Origin: Octopus sinensis
Taxonomy: Eukaryota
Reading direction: 5' to 3'
Assembly (NCBI RefSeq): GCF_006345805.1
Contig: NC_042998.1
Span: forward strand, 173,104,001 to 173,168,000
DNA length: 64,000 bases
Part shown: piece by piece, positions 13,039 to 26,599 of the stretch
Layout: every line of letters begins with the position of its first letter
How positions within the stretch are numbered: the stretch's first letter is position 1
Notes under the pieces: generated by a model
Told to the model about the DNA's origin: nothing
Databases searched by the model: none
The model's input: the letters and a program-made list of their open reading frames with translations, nothing else
Program-made: the position numbers and the translations under genes

Positions 13039-13975
13039 GAAACAACAAAAGCTATAAAACAAATGAAATCCAAACTAAAAATAGAACAGCAACGAACCAT
13101 GATAAAACGATGGCAAGAAAAGCCCCTTCATGGTAAATACTGGACTAAACTAAACGCAAAAGAAATAGACAAAGAAAAATCCCAGCAATGCTTGAGAAGC
13201 TCAGGACTCAAAGCAGAGACAGAGGGATTTTTAATTGCAGCACAAGACCAAAGCCTCCCCACCAGAAATTACCAAAAACTTGTAATGAAAAGAAATATTA
13301 CAAGTAACTGCAGAATATGTGGAGATGGACAAGAAACAATAAATCATATTATCTCTAGCTGCCCAGTCCTGGTTAAGAAGGAATATATTCACAGACATGA
13401 CAGAGTTGTAACCTACATACATTGGAAGCTATGCCAACATTATGGAATAACAACAGAAAAAAGATGGTATAGGCACACACCAGAAAAGGTCACAGAAAAC
13501 GAGAAAGCAACCATACTCTGGGATATGCCGATACACACAGATAGAGAAATAATTAAGGCCAACAGACCAGATATAGTTGTCAGAGATCATGAAGAAAAAA
13601 ATGCTTTCTAATTGATGTATCAATACCGGCAGATGACAACGTGTCTCTAAAAGAAATGGAGAAACTCTCAAAATACAAAGACCTGGAAATAGAGGTAACC
13701 AGAATGTGGAATCTGAAAACAGAAACAATTCCTATCATGGTAGGTGCATTAGGCATGATAAAAAAAATATTCAGACAAATACATAACAAAAACACCAGGA
13801 CTTACAAACACATATAACATACAGAAAATTGCACTACTAGGCACTGCACACATCCTACGCAGAACACTTTCCATACAATAACCATCAGAGCATCACAACA
13901 AATCACAGCACATACCCTAGGCACACAGAGCTGCGCTCGGTAGTGAAGTGAAATCACGCTATAAAAATAAAACTA

Positions 13976-13980
<5 letters not shown>
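13039..13980 (+). mobile_element. R4/Dong subfamily A, second copy (frameshifted)
   Basis: Near-identical to 11519-12458, with a +3 indel and 1-nt indels in A-runs. ORF 13063-13611. Confidence 0.9.
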
Positions 13981-14052
<72 letters not shown>

Positions 14053-14060
14053 TAATAATA

Positions 14061-14400
14061 AGTGGGGGAGCATCATAGACATGTGCTGAGAGGAATTCTT
14101 TGGGGTTTGGATAATTCACCTTTGGAAGCATGGGTATTTTGTTCAACATCCTTAAACAACCCTTATTCAGGGACATCTTGAGTGGAATGGGCTACTCAAC
14201 CTGAAGAAAATTCTAACTGGGCCCCACCTGCAAGGTCATGTGCTGTTTATCTTGATATGAGATGACCATGTCGCGCACATATGGTTGTGATGCATGTATC
14301 TGGTGTACTCTTATCGGACGGGTAGTTATGATGGGTATACTGGGCTTCGTATATTTTACCCCAGTGTCACTTTGATGGCATGCACTACTATCTCACTCAA
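14061..14400 (+). mobile_element. 3' end/UTR of an unclassified non-LTR element ending in (AAT)n
   Basis: Non-microsatellite block between (TAA)n tracts, ending ctcactc-aataataat. The class is inferred from context. Confidence 0.4.
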
Positions 14401-14441
14401 TAATAATAATTACAACAACAACAACAACAACAATAATGATG

Positions 14442-14472
<31 letters not shown>

Positions 14473-14533
14473 TAATGATGATGATTATGATGATGATAAT
14501 AATAATAATATTAATAATAATGATGATGATGAT

Positions 14534-17021
14534 GAGAAAGGGGAGCTTAAAAGCGGACAAAAATAAAGGGCACTGAAAAGGAAGTATAATATTGAAAGAA
14601 AGCACCTGAAAGTGGTAGTGAAAGAATTGAAACAGTGCCTCGTTGCAAAGAAAGCGAAGATGTTAAGATAAGACCAAATAATGAAGGGCGACCACCAGAA
14701 TAGATTATTCAGAGTAGATCAGAAGAGATTCTATAAAGAAATAAAAGGAGAGCGTACAGCTGAAAAGTTGATACCAGATAACAACGAAAGTCAAAGTTTT
14801 TGGAGTGACATCTGGAGCAAAGAGAAGGAGCACAAGAAGGATACTGAATGGTTGCAAGAACAGAAACAAATAGTGGTCTGTCCAAAACAGGCAGAACTAA
14901 TCATTTCAGTTAGGGAAGGGAAGTGAAGGAAATCAGCAAAAAGATGAGCAACTGGAAGGCTCCGGGACCATATGGAGTTCAAGGCTACTGGATCAAGGGT
15001 TTGGTGAACGTCATGCACAAATAGCTGCGCAACTCAACGCCTTGTTAAATGCCGACCAAATAACACCAGAGTGATTGACACTGGGTAGGACAGTGCTGTT
15101 CTTGCAAAACATCGAAAAAGGCAATGCAGTCGACAATTACAGGCCGATATCCTGTCTGCTACTTATGTGGAAATTATTGACAGGAATACTTGCAGAGTTA
15201 ATCTACGAATATCTGGAAAAAATGGAGTCCTGTCTCATGAGCAGAAGGGTAACAAGCGTAAGTGCAGAGGTGCCAAGGATCTATTCCCGGTAGACAAAAC
15301 TGTACTTAAAGACTGCAAGAGGAGGAAAAGTAACTTAGCCATGTCATGAATCGCCTATCGTAAGGCGTACGATATGATCAGACACTCTTAGATAATGGAA
15401 TGTATGAACCTGTTTGGTACTGCATTGAATGTTGAGCGATTGCTTGGAAAAAAATATGGCGAATTGGAAGACAGACCTGGCAGCATACGGAAGAAGATTA
15501 GGGACTGTAGGAACCAGGAGGGACATCTTCCAAGGGGACTACATGTCCTCACTGATCTTTGTACTGTGCTTGATACCACTAACACTGATACTGAGGAAAA
15601 TAAAAGCTGGGTATGTATTCAAAACTCGCCGACAAAATGACAACCATTTGTTATTCATGGATGACCTCAAACTTTATGGTAAAGATGAATCCCAAGTCGG
15701 CTCCCTCGTTGATACGGAGTATATTTTCAGTGGTGATATCAGAATGGAGTTCCGACTGAGAAAGTGTGGTCTGTTAGTCTTGAAGAGAGGCAAAATCAAA
15801 TGTATGAACGGACTATCGATACCGTCGGGGGAGGTTATGAAGCAGATAGAAGAGACAGGCTATAAGTACTTGCGGATATTTGGAAATGGACAAATTGATG
15901 GAGAAAGAAATGACAGAAAAATTTAAGGTGGAGCTTCTTGCGCAGACTGAGACTGATCCTTAAGTTGAAATTAAACGGACGGAATAAGATTGAAGATATC
16001 AATACTTGGGCGGTTTCACTCCTTAGGAATGGAACAGGGGTAATCGCATGGACAGTAGACGAACTAAACAGCTTAGATAGAAAGACAAGGAAATTACTAA
16101 CTAGATATGGGACACTCCACCCAAAAAGTGACACAGACAGACTGTATGACCCAAGAAAAAGCGGAGGAAGAGGACTTATTGGATGCGAACACAGCATTAG
16201 AGCAGAAGAAAACAACATAGCTTGATATGTAATAAATGTCACAGAGCCGCTATTATTAGACGTAGGAAGGTCAGGCTTGTGTATGATGAAAGATTGCAAA
16301 GATAAAGTACTGTACAAGCAATTCAAAACGATTGAAACAAAATAGATGGGTAAATAAAGAATGCATGGTCAATTTCAGAGGGATGTTGAAGATAAGATAG
16401 ACAGAGAAAGATGGCTGTGGATGACTCAAAGTGATTTAAAACCGGAAATGGAGGCTCTAATCTGTGCTGCCCAAGAGCAAGCACTAAGAACAAACTACAT
16501 AAAATACAGAGTAGACAACACATCAGAAAGTGATAAGTGCAGAATCTGTGAACAAAATGGTGAAACCGTATGGCATATTACCAGCCAATGTACGCCACTA
16601 GCGCAGAAGGAATATAAGAGAAGGCACGACAATATAGCAGGGATTGTCCTTTGGACACTTTGAAACAAGAATGGACTTGACAGAGCAAATAATTGGTACG
16701 GCCACAAAACCGAAGGCATCATCGAAAATGATAATGCAAAGATCCTATGGGATTTTGTGATTCAGTGTGACCATGAGATAGAGAATAGAAAGCCAGACGT
16801 AGTCTTAATTGAGAAAGAAAGCAAACTATGCTAGATCATAGATATAGCATGCCCAGCTGACAACAAGGTATGCGATAAAGAAGAAAGAAAAGTCGATAGG
16901 TATGACAGGTTAGCTTGGGAGGTAAAGCAGTTGTGTTTGCTGAAAAAGGTGGTAGTGATACCAATAATTGTCGGAACCCTGAGAACAGTGAGTAAAGGTC
17001 TCGAGAAGTACATGGAACAAG
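14534..17021 (+). mobile_element. R4/Dong-clade element with decayed RT and RLE
   Basis: QNRLFRVDQKRFY, YRPISCL..WKLLTGI, IFQGD..S.LIFVL, HLLFMDDLKLY, LHPKSDTDRLY, CRIC..ETVWHITSQC, KILWDF, KPDVV, VIPIIVG. Many stops. The extreme 3' end is missing. Confidence 0.9.
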
Positions 17022-18344
17022 TGTTATCTTAGTTCACTGGTAGTGAACAGGTGATACTGCAATACATCTCCAGCGTTAGAAGCGGTGCAAAGGCAATAAC
17101 AATAATGATGATGTGTGTGCGTGTGTGTGTATGTGTATGCCTCTGTGTGTGTGTGTTTGCGTGTGTGTGTAAATGCAACAAGGCCGAATGATAAAGAAAG
17201 CCACTGGGTTCGATCACAAGAGCACAGGAGCATCTTTGCCAAGTATTTTTTTTGTATCATAATCGCATGTAGCGTGACAATGTTTAAGCGGAAATTGTGT
17301 GAATCGTGTTACATGAATTATAAGCGTTGTTTATAATATATTCCTTGTCACACTGCCTCACGCTGATTCAGTTTGAAAGTGTGGATAGTTAAGGCAGCCA
17401 AACATACAGTGATGAAACTGTTGGTGATCCGTATGTATGTATTTGCGTGATTGCGTTTGTATGTATGTATGCATGTATGTTTGAACGTATGTATGTGAGT
17501 GTGCATGTATGTGTGTGTGTATGTTTGCCTCTTCTATTTTTTAAGTATGTATTATGTATGTATGCATACATAGTGTAAGCATGTATGTATCAATGTGTGC
17601 GTGTGTGTTTGCTTGTAGTTATATTTATTAAGTGTACCTTTAAACCCGTTGTATAAATTCAACCCATTTTCGTGGAAGATGTGACCCTAAATGGATTTAT
17701 CGACTTCAGTGGTGTAAATGTAGAACTGGTAGCCAAACTAAGTTGCACATAAATGACTGTTTCCCAGCCTGTCTTTTGCTAGACATGCCTCAAGTACGGT
17801 GTGTTATTTCTTCAGATTAATACGTGTAAAATCTTATAATTTGCAACAGTTCGTCTCTTGAATATCTCCAATACAGAATGTGTTGGAGATAACAGTTCAC
17901 CTTCTATGGCTTTACTGAGTGGAATTTGTTTCCCAATAACTTTGGTTTTAAGGAAATTATTTTTTTCTCTTTTTCCCTCTCTATTTTTTTTCTTTTTCTT
18001 CTTTTTTTATGCAAAGTCAGCCGATTCTGATTGATGTTGGATTTGCTTCCAGTATCTTAAAGTTTGGTAAATGTATGGCTTTCCTAATATTTAGGATAGT
18101 GCTATAATTAACTACCTATCGCTTTTGCGAAACTTTGTGAAGGATACGTCTTTTGAGGGGAATATTTGTTCGTTATGTAGAGGAATTGTTATAGAACAGT
18201 GTTGAGGTTCATATACGAAGTTGAGCCGAAATAGATTTTGTTTCTCTTCTCAGTTTTAGACATTTTGCTCATTGAATGTCGTTTACAAATGAAATTCCTA
18301 TTTACGCGTATGCAAACGCATACATACAGTACACATGTATATAT

Positions 18345-18566
18345 CTGGCAGAAACGTTAGCACGCCGGGCGAAATGCTTAGCGGTATTTCGTCAGCCATT
18401 ACGTTCTGAGTTCAAATTCCGCCGAGGTCGACTTTGTCTTTCATCCTTTCGGGGTCGATAAATTAAGTACCAGTTACGCACTGGGGTCGATGTAATCGAC
18501 TTAATCCGTTTGTCTGTCCTTGTTTGTCCCCTCTGTGTTTAGCCCCTTGTTGGTAGTAAAGAAATA
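18345..18566 (+). mobile_element. SINE family A
   Basis: Near-identical to 1265-1495. Confidence 0.85.
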
Positions 18567-18608
18567 TATATATACTGAGATATGTACATATTCATATATA
18601 AATTCCTA

Positions 18609-19478
18609 TAAGTCTGATCAATAAGTATCCGGTCTGTTGCCATAGTAACGAGGCTAAAGCACGCAAATGCGCTAGACACAGATTGACCTTGAACTTTGTT
18701 GCGCATGTGGACTAAAATTTTAGGGTTCTAGCTTACTTCCGCTGTTTACAGCAGTGCTTGGAGGAAAGGTGTGTAGCACGTGATCGTCGCATTGACTATG
18801 ACAGAGAAAGTTGAGCAGAGACTCTTTTTCAAATCGTTCCTAAAGATCGGTGATACCTGATCAGAGGCTTACGCAAACTTTTCAAAAACTTTTCTTCATT
18901 CTTGACACAATCAGGGAGATCTTGTGCAACTGAATTCCGAGTGACATTTTGGTTAGCTGAAAGCAGTTTTGGCACAAATTTGGCAGACACGCGTTTCATA
19001 CCCAGATCTTCCGTGAAAATGGATTGAACTGAACCGTAACTGAACTGCACATCTTTTGATAACTTACAGATTGTGATTCGACGATTTTCTCCCACAGCTT
19101 CCCGCATATGTGCAGTGTTTTTCTCAGTTCTGTTGGTTGCGGGTTCCCTAGGACGTTCGTCAATATTGGCATTTTGGAAACATCTGAACCACTCATACAC
19201 TTGTGTGTGGCTCATACACTCCTCTCCGTACACTTTCTGCAACTTTGCGTAAGCCTCTGAGCAGGTATCACCATGACAACTTTCTCTGTCATGGTCAATG
19301 CGACGATCACACTCTACAAACCTTCCTTCCAAGCACTGTTGGAAACAGCAGAAGTGAGCTAGAACGTTAAAACTTAGTGCGCATGCACAACAGAGCTGAA
19401 GGTGAATCTATGCCAAGCGGCTTCAAACTGTGTGCTTTAGCCTCGTTATTATGGCAACAGTGAAGATACTTATGGATC
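18609..19478 (-). mobile_element. Mariner derivative with two outward-facing 5' ends (about 280-bp inverted arms)
   Basis: ORF 18829-19332 gives the HTH region (EAYAKLQKVYGEEC, VYEWF, RRIT, VPKLL). The plus strand at 18609-18880 repeats the TIR, leader and MTEKVEQR start. Confidence 0.75.
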
Positions 19479-19661
19479 GTGAACAGGTCGCGGTCTTATA
19501 GCGACGAAAATATTTTGACAAATTAAACTTAAATGTTGAAGTGAATCGAACGGCTTTTGTGTGTTTCTTAAATGGCTCACAAACACCTTCCAAGCTGCAA
19601 TTGTTTTCGTTCCAGCACACGATCTCAGATCAAATCACTTGCAATGCAGGTACATCTCCGT
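19479..19661 (+). mobile_element. Repeat family R5 (PLE pLTR-like), 5'-truncated
   Basis: Homologous to 46063-46350. Confidence 0.7.
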
Positions 19662-19828
19662 AATGTATACATATATATTCATATATAAATTCTTATATAT
19701 CTACTCGTATATATATATGTATATATATATATATATATACATATATGCATATATATATATATATATATATATGTGTGTATATGTATGTATATATATATAT
19801 ACACATACAAACATATTCACATATATAC

Positions 19829-19865
<37 letters not shown>

Positions 19866-20880
19866 CATACACACGCACATACGTACATACATACATACAT
19901 ACACACACATATACATACATACATACATATATACATACATACTTGTAAGTATACTATACATACATGCATAAATGTACTCCTAATTTCTATAATTATTTTC
20001 GAAATTGCTTTGTTCGTAGATATGTTTAAATTATCTTTGCTCGTCTCCAAACATCTACATTTATGACATGTACAGTATTCATATATTGTAGTGGGAAAGA
20101 TAAGCAACCTTAGAATGTCACGAACATATAATTCTTCGGTTAACAACAGCTCATTTCAAAAATTGCCCGAAACTAAAAAAGAAAGAGAGAGTAAAAAGTG
20201 AAATGAAATTCCAGTGTGCCATCCCGTTTACCTATAGCAAACTAGAATTCAGCAACCATATAAGAATTTGTTGCTGTCTAATTCTGGAACAGAGCTATTT
20301 ATTTTGAAAAAAGAAAACAAAATTGTAACTTGGTCACATCGACACAAATATATCTTAATTTTCAGCCGGGTATCCATTCGGTCGGTTTCTTTTATCGGAA
20401 GATATGGCACCAGTTGTTATGGGATAATGGGGAAAAACATAAGCACAAAGACATACAAACATACACAAGTCTATAGGATATGCTTCCCGTCCTACATGGT
20501 AGACAGTTTCCGTCTACCAAATTAACTCCCAAATTGCCGTGCAGTGGGCCTGAACACTAAACGACAAAGCTCCAAAGTGTGGTTCTTTACCGCAGGGCCA
20601 AGCCTGCGCCTATATGACTACTACTTAGCTAGTATCAGTCAAATGGTAAACTATAAAAAATTATAAATACTGCTACTTAATTATATATACTTAATTATTA
20701 ATATGTGTTGTTTATTTCAACTTAGAACATAACAGTACCGAACTAGGATTGGAAGCTATCTTGCTCGGCATTCTACCGTATATAGGAACTCACTGTACTT
20801 TTTGCTATTTTTAATGCAAACATCTATTGAACCAGAAATAAAGAGCAATAGACCTACTGACAGAAGTCTAATCATTTCTA

Positions 20881-21268
20881 CTCTAGGCACAAGGCCCGAA
20901 AAAAATTAGGGGGGGGCAGTCGATTAGATCGATCCCAGTGCGTAACTGGTACTTAATTTATCGGCCCGGAAAGGATGAAAGGCAAAGTCGTCCTCGGCGG
21001 AATTTGGACTAAGAACGTAAAGACAGACGAAATACCTATTTCTTTACTACCCACAAGTGGTTAAACACAGAGAGGACAAACAAGGAACAGACAAACGAAT
21101 TAAGTCGCTTACATCGACCCCAGAACGTAACTGGTACTTAATTTATCGTCCCCGAAAGGATGAAAGACAAAGTCGATCTCGGCGGGATTTGAACTCAGAA
21201 CGTAACGGTAGACGAAATACGGCTACGCATTTCGCCCGGCGTGCTAACGTTTCTGCCAGCTCGCCGCC
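20881..21268 (-). mobile_element. Dimeric SINE A+B (one head, two bodies)
   Basis: Head at 21268. Internal junction gaaatacctatttc at 21029-21042. The second body ends in a different tail (gggccttgtgcctagag). Confidence 0.85.
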
Positions 21269-22285
21269 TTGACAGAACTCTAATCACACAACGATTCCTC
21301 ACCAAATGTTACATTGAGCACTTATTCCCTGTCTTTCCTAATAAAGTAACAAAAAGAGTTTTCTTCCTCCTATTATTCTAGATTCACGAATACCTCACAT
21401 ATTACACTGTAAGTCACAGATACGTGTCCTGACTCCTAGCCGTGAATAGGGCACTCGCTATTTTTCTATTGAAAATGACTGCTTATAAGCTATATCGTTG
21501 ATATTAAAATTGCAGCTGTTAATTTATATTAGTTTATGTTTAATATTTTTCCTATATTGTATTAAGTGTTTGTCTGATAAAATTTAATAAGCAGTAGTAA
21601 ATGACTTTATAGAAAATTACAGAACATTAGTCTCTGTTCATTAGAAACTAAGAAATATAATGAATCGACGTTAAATTTTCATATCATTAATCTATGATTG
21701 ATTATTTCCTATACTGTCCATATCAGAAATAACCAGGAGACTAAATACTACTTTTATGCTTAATTCCACCCCTTACATTGGACTTTGGCATCTTTCCGAG
21801 ATACTTTGTCTAACATTCCACAATTACGAGTTATCCGCGGGTGTCTGTAAAATTGACCAATTTCTCAATCCTTTAAAAGTAGTCTCGTGTGGAAACACTA
21901 TTTCAAAATAGACAACAATATTCTTAATCCAGACCTGCAGTAGTTTTGATTCGTAATTATGCTTCCTCACTTGGTGCATCTAATTCAATCGGTTTTGAGG
22001 TAGGATCGAAATTATACTTTTCAACGGCTTTGTAACCATTTGAACAATACATTTTTCTTTCTTTTGATTTTTGTTTTTAATGAGGAGGAGGAGGAGGAGT
22101 ATATTCGGGCACATCTAGACTCCGCAAATGATAACTATTTGAAGCTAACCGTTTTAGTGTGTTGCAGACGCAAATAAGAGATTTAAACACACGCACACAC
22201 ACACACATACACACACACACACACACACACATACGCACGCAAATACGCACGTACACTCACATGCACATACTTATACATATTCCAA

Positions 22286-22862
22286 TCTTTTCTACTCTAG
22301 ACACAAGGCCCGAAGTTTTGGGGCAGGAGGTGGCCAGTCGATTAGTTCGACCACAGTACGAAACTGGTACTTATTTAATCGACCCCGAAAGGATGAAAGG
22401 CAGTCGACCTCGGCGGAATTTGAACTCAGAACGTAAAGACAGACGAAATACCTATTTCTCTTTCTTTAGGGGCTAAACATAGAGGGGACAAACGAGGACA
22501 GACAAAGGTATTAAGTCGATTACATCGACCCCAGTACGTAACTGGTACTTAATTTATAGACCCCGAAATGATAAAAGGCAAAGTCGACCTCGGCGGAATT
22601 TGAACTCAGAACGTAACGGCAGACGAAATACCTATTTCTTTACTACCCACAAGGGGCTAAATACAGAGAGGACAAACAAGGACAGACAAACGGATTAAGT
22701 CGATTATATTGACCCCAGTGCGTAATTGGTACTTATTTAATTGACCCCGAAAGGATGAAAAGCAAAGTCGACGTCGACGGAATTTGAACTCAGAACGTAG
22801 CCGCAGACGAAATACCGCTAAGCATTTCATCCGACGTGCTAACGTTTCTTGCCAGCTCGCCG
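22286..22862 (-). mobile_element. Trimeric SINE A+A+B
   Basis: One head and three bodies, with identical junctions at 22445 and 22625. Confidence 0.85.
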
Positions 22863-23706
22863 ACTTATCCATTTTCCACTATGAGAAATATTGATGCATA
22901 TACTGCTTAGAAAAAGATATTAGCTGTTTATTATTAACATGCCAGTTGTTGTTTTTTTTTATATTTCTCTACTCCAAATGATGCTTTTTTGATTATTTTT
23001 TTCTCTCCGACCACTGGGGAAACTTCATATCATCGAGAATTTTTTATTTACACCATTCAATACGTCACCCTCTATCGGAATTATTCAAACTCAAGTTATT
23101 TCTCCGTTCTTTATGTTTTAATATTCACACAAAGACCAAAACTGATTGCAACTTTAAGCAACGTGTACAATTAAATGTTCGCTGATCAATGCAGGCTTCT
23201 GACGGTTATCATCCGTTAACAAGGTTTCATAAACCCCAAAACATAGGCGTAGTTGTCACTTTACTGGCAAATAAAGGTCACATTTTCTTGTATGTGTTTG
23301 TGTGAGTGTGTCCGTGTGTGGTGTGTGTGTGTGTGTATACATAAATGTCTCTGTGTTTTTGTGTCACAGTATTGATTACAGTAATGATCGAGACGTTACT
23401 CTCGATACCCAGACGTATATTGTCACGTTTTCTATTAGAGAATACAAAAAGCTTCAGCTTCAGACTTAAAAAAGACACTAAATCACAACTTCGGATTTCG
23501 TACCCCTTGAATAGCTATTTCAAGAAATGACGTAACTTATAACGCAGCACTTCATACACATGCGATGTAATCATGATATTTAATTGATTTAAATTAATGT
23601 TTAAACTGAAACCAATCAAACAGGCTAATTATTTTGATAGCATTGACGCTATAAAACCCGAAAGACGTACATAAAACCATGTCTTCACCATATGAGGGAT
23701 ATCTAT

Positions 23707-23857
23707 AGATGTGGTTCTGTGGTTATAAGATTGCTTCGAAGTCACATGGTTCCGTGCTCAGTGCCACTGCATTTTATCTTCGGCAAGTGACTTGTATTAT
23801 AATCTCGGGCCGAATAAAACCTTGTGGAATTGGTAGATGGAAACTGAATAGGACCCG

Positions 23858-23899
<42 letters not shown>

Positions 23900-23934
23900 C
23901 GGGTCCTATTCAGTTTCCATCTACTAATTCCACA
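23707..23934 (+). mobile_element. Degenerate SINE D head followed by a 112-bp fold-back palindrome centred on (TA)n
   Basis: 23823-23860 and 23897-23934 are 38-bp inverted repeats with 1 mismatch. Confidence 0.7.
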
Positions 23935-24029
23935 TAATAATAATTATTATTACCTTTGAAGTATTTTATTCCCATGCTGGCCATAAGATCGGTATTTAAA
24001 TAACGATCATATCCCTATATATATATATA

Positions 24030-24330
24030 CGATCGTGAGGTTGTGAGCTCGAATCCCAGACCGGGCTGCGTATTGTGTTCTTGAGTAAGACACTTTATTT
24101 CACGTTGCTCCAGTTCACTCAGCTGTAGAAATGAGTTGCGACGTCACAGGTGCCAAGCTGTATCGGCCGTTGCCTTTCCCTTGGATAACACTGGTGGCGT
24201 GGAGAGGGGAGGCCGGTATGCATGGGCGACTGCTGGTCTTCCAAAAACAACCTTGCCCGGACTTGTGCCCGGGAGGGTAACTTTCTAGGTGCAATCACTT
24301 GGTCTGTGTCGTGACCGAATGGGGGTCTCA
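24030..24330 (+). mobile_element. tRNA-derived SINE family C
   Basis: B-box-like gctcgaatccc followed by the gtgttcttgagtaagacact...ctccagttcactcagctg central domain. Confidence 0.65.
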
Positions 24331-24377
24331 GGATATAACATATATATATATATACATGGATAAGGTCGTTCTTTTAA

Positions 24378-24556
24378 ATAACGATCAAATCAAGTGGCAG
24401 CATGGGAAGAAAAGCGTTATCGGTTATAATTATTAAAATTATAAATGAGGGTATCTAAGAGAAATAGCAGTCAAAACTTGACTCTAAAAATCATATAATT
24501 TATAAGATAATTATAAGGTTTTTCTTCCCATGCTGCCACTTGATTCGGTCGCTATT
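24378..24556. repeat. Short element with about 35-bp inverted termini, related to the 6.6-7.4 kb repeat
   Basis: aatcaagtggcagcatgggaagaaaa ... ttttcttcccatgctgccacttgatt. Shares atgagggt.tcta and gaaatagcagtc with 6725-6770. Confidence 0.55.
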
Positions 24557-25836
24557 TCACATAACGATCTTATGCTTATTTGTATAGAAATTTATTTATA
24601 TTGACTTCTTCATTATGCAGTGGTATTTTGACTTCTTCACTGCGGTGGTATTTTGACCATATTTTGACCATACAGCACATGGTGTCTGGATGAATAACTG
24701 AACTGGTCGTTGTATATACGTGCATATATATATGTATATACGCGTGCGTATATGTGAGTATTCGTATGTTTGTGTGTATATATATGTAATTATGTACAAT
24801 TCTTGGCATATTTCATTGATGAACGCAAAGTATTGTTACAGAGAGCCAGAAATCCAGGGTCCGGAATTATCCAATTTTTAGTAGTTTATTTATATATTTT
24901 TCTTTTCACCTTGTCCTGTATTTAACACTTGATGTGGATTTTAGAGTTAGGTTTTGACTGCCAATTCAAGCACGGTGGTATCTCTTAGATACGATTATTT
25001 ATAATTTTATATACATATGTTTGTGTGTGTGTGTGGAAAGTGATTGTTCTTTTCTAGGGATAATTTATCCAGGAGTACACCGGTTTTGCGCCATATTAAT
25101 TAACGATACTGGAAATTCCATTTGTGTATATGTACTAGTTTTCATCGTTTGGTTTATCCCCGATATTCCGGTTGTCACGACGGATGTTTGCATCCTTTCG
25201 ATAAAGGAAAAATATTTTACCAATACAAAGAAAATAGAGAATGCATACACAGAATAATCAATATATTTATTATAATTCATATTGCCTACGCTTGCTTCGG
25301 TTTAATTACTTAAATCCATATTTGTGTAATTAAATCGTATTATGATTTTGAGAAAGCAAAAATCTTCTTCAGGGCAAAAATTGGGTGTTATCAAAGTAAA
25401 AATTGACTGTTGTTTTTTCACACATCCAACGCATGGAGAATTCATTCCAATTGAATTGCAGTATGTGGGTCTTGGATTCTGTTCTAAAAATACCTAGGGG
25501 TTTATGTTGGTCTCACAGGACAAGGGATATGCATAGTTCAGAAGAATTAGGTCATGTTACTATATACCCTTTGTAGTAGTGCAAACCAGCTTTTTACAAG
25601 CTTGTCAGTTGTCATTATTTCTATTCAGTACGTCTGTAAACACATTTCTCGTTAACTATAGACCTGTCTTTGCTATTTGTACTATCTATCATGTTAACAA
25701 TATGTATTCATAAGTTTTTATTTATTGGTAAAATTCGGTAACAAATACTGGGTGTGAAAAGATACTAGTGATAGCTTTGACATAACAATGGGAACTATTG
25801 GGTCAGCACAAGTCACAGACTTAGTGTAAATATACG

Positions 25837-25982
25837 TACTATTTATTTACATTATTTACATTTGACGAATATTTGTCCTCATCTTGTTTGCTGTTAACAC
25901 AACGTTTCGGCTGATATACTGGGAGAATTTCGAACCTGGGTTCTCAATCCTAAGTTATTTTCCGATGTTATTATTATTATTC

Positions 25983-26020
<38 letters not shown>

Positions 26021-26487
26021 GATGTCATTGCCTGGAATCGAACTTGGAATGCCCGTGTGGAATTATAGAGTGAATTTGGGGTTTTATGAATCTAATATTT
26101 TTCTATCCTTCTTATATACTACTCATATTTGCATTAGGTCTGCTTAGGAGGTTACTACGTCCTAGTATATATGCAGCCTATTTTAGTTTTCGTATTTTCC
26201 GGTGGTGTTCTCTGTCTATTACTGTAACATTATCCCACAGTGGGAGTTGGTCTCCTTTTTTCCATACATGATCATCTATACCCGATTTATCAATATCTCC
26301 TCGTGTCACAGATTTGCGATGTAATCTTAGCATTATTTTGAGGGGGCGACATGTTACACCATTGTATAACCTACCACAGTGATATTCTCTTCTATTGGTG
26401 GTTTTACTCGAAGGCGATATTTGCGAAATGTTGTATAACTCTTGAATACTCTTGATATTTGCCAAGTGTTGAATACATTTGAATATC

Positions 26488-26547
<60 letters not shown>

Positions 26548-26568
26548 TACCAATAATAATAATAATAA

Positions 26569-26599
<31 letters not shown>

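Noticed and set aside
20881-22862. CRISPR-like repeated units
   Set aside because: These are SINE multimers in eukaryotic DNA, with no repeat-spacer periodicity or cas genes.
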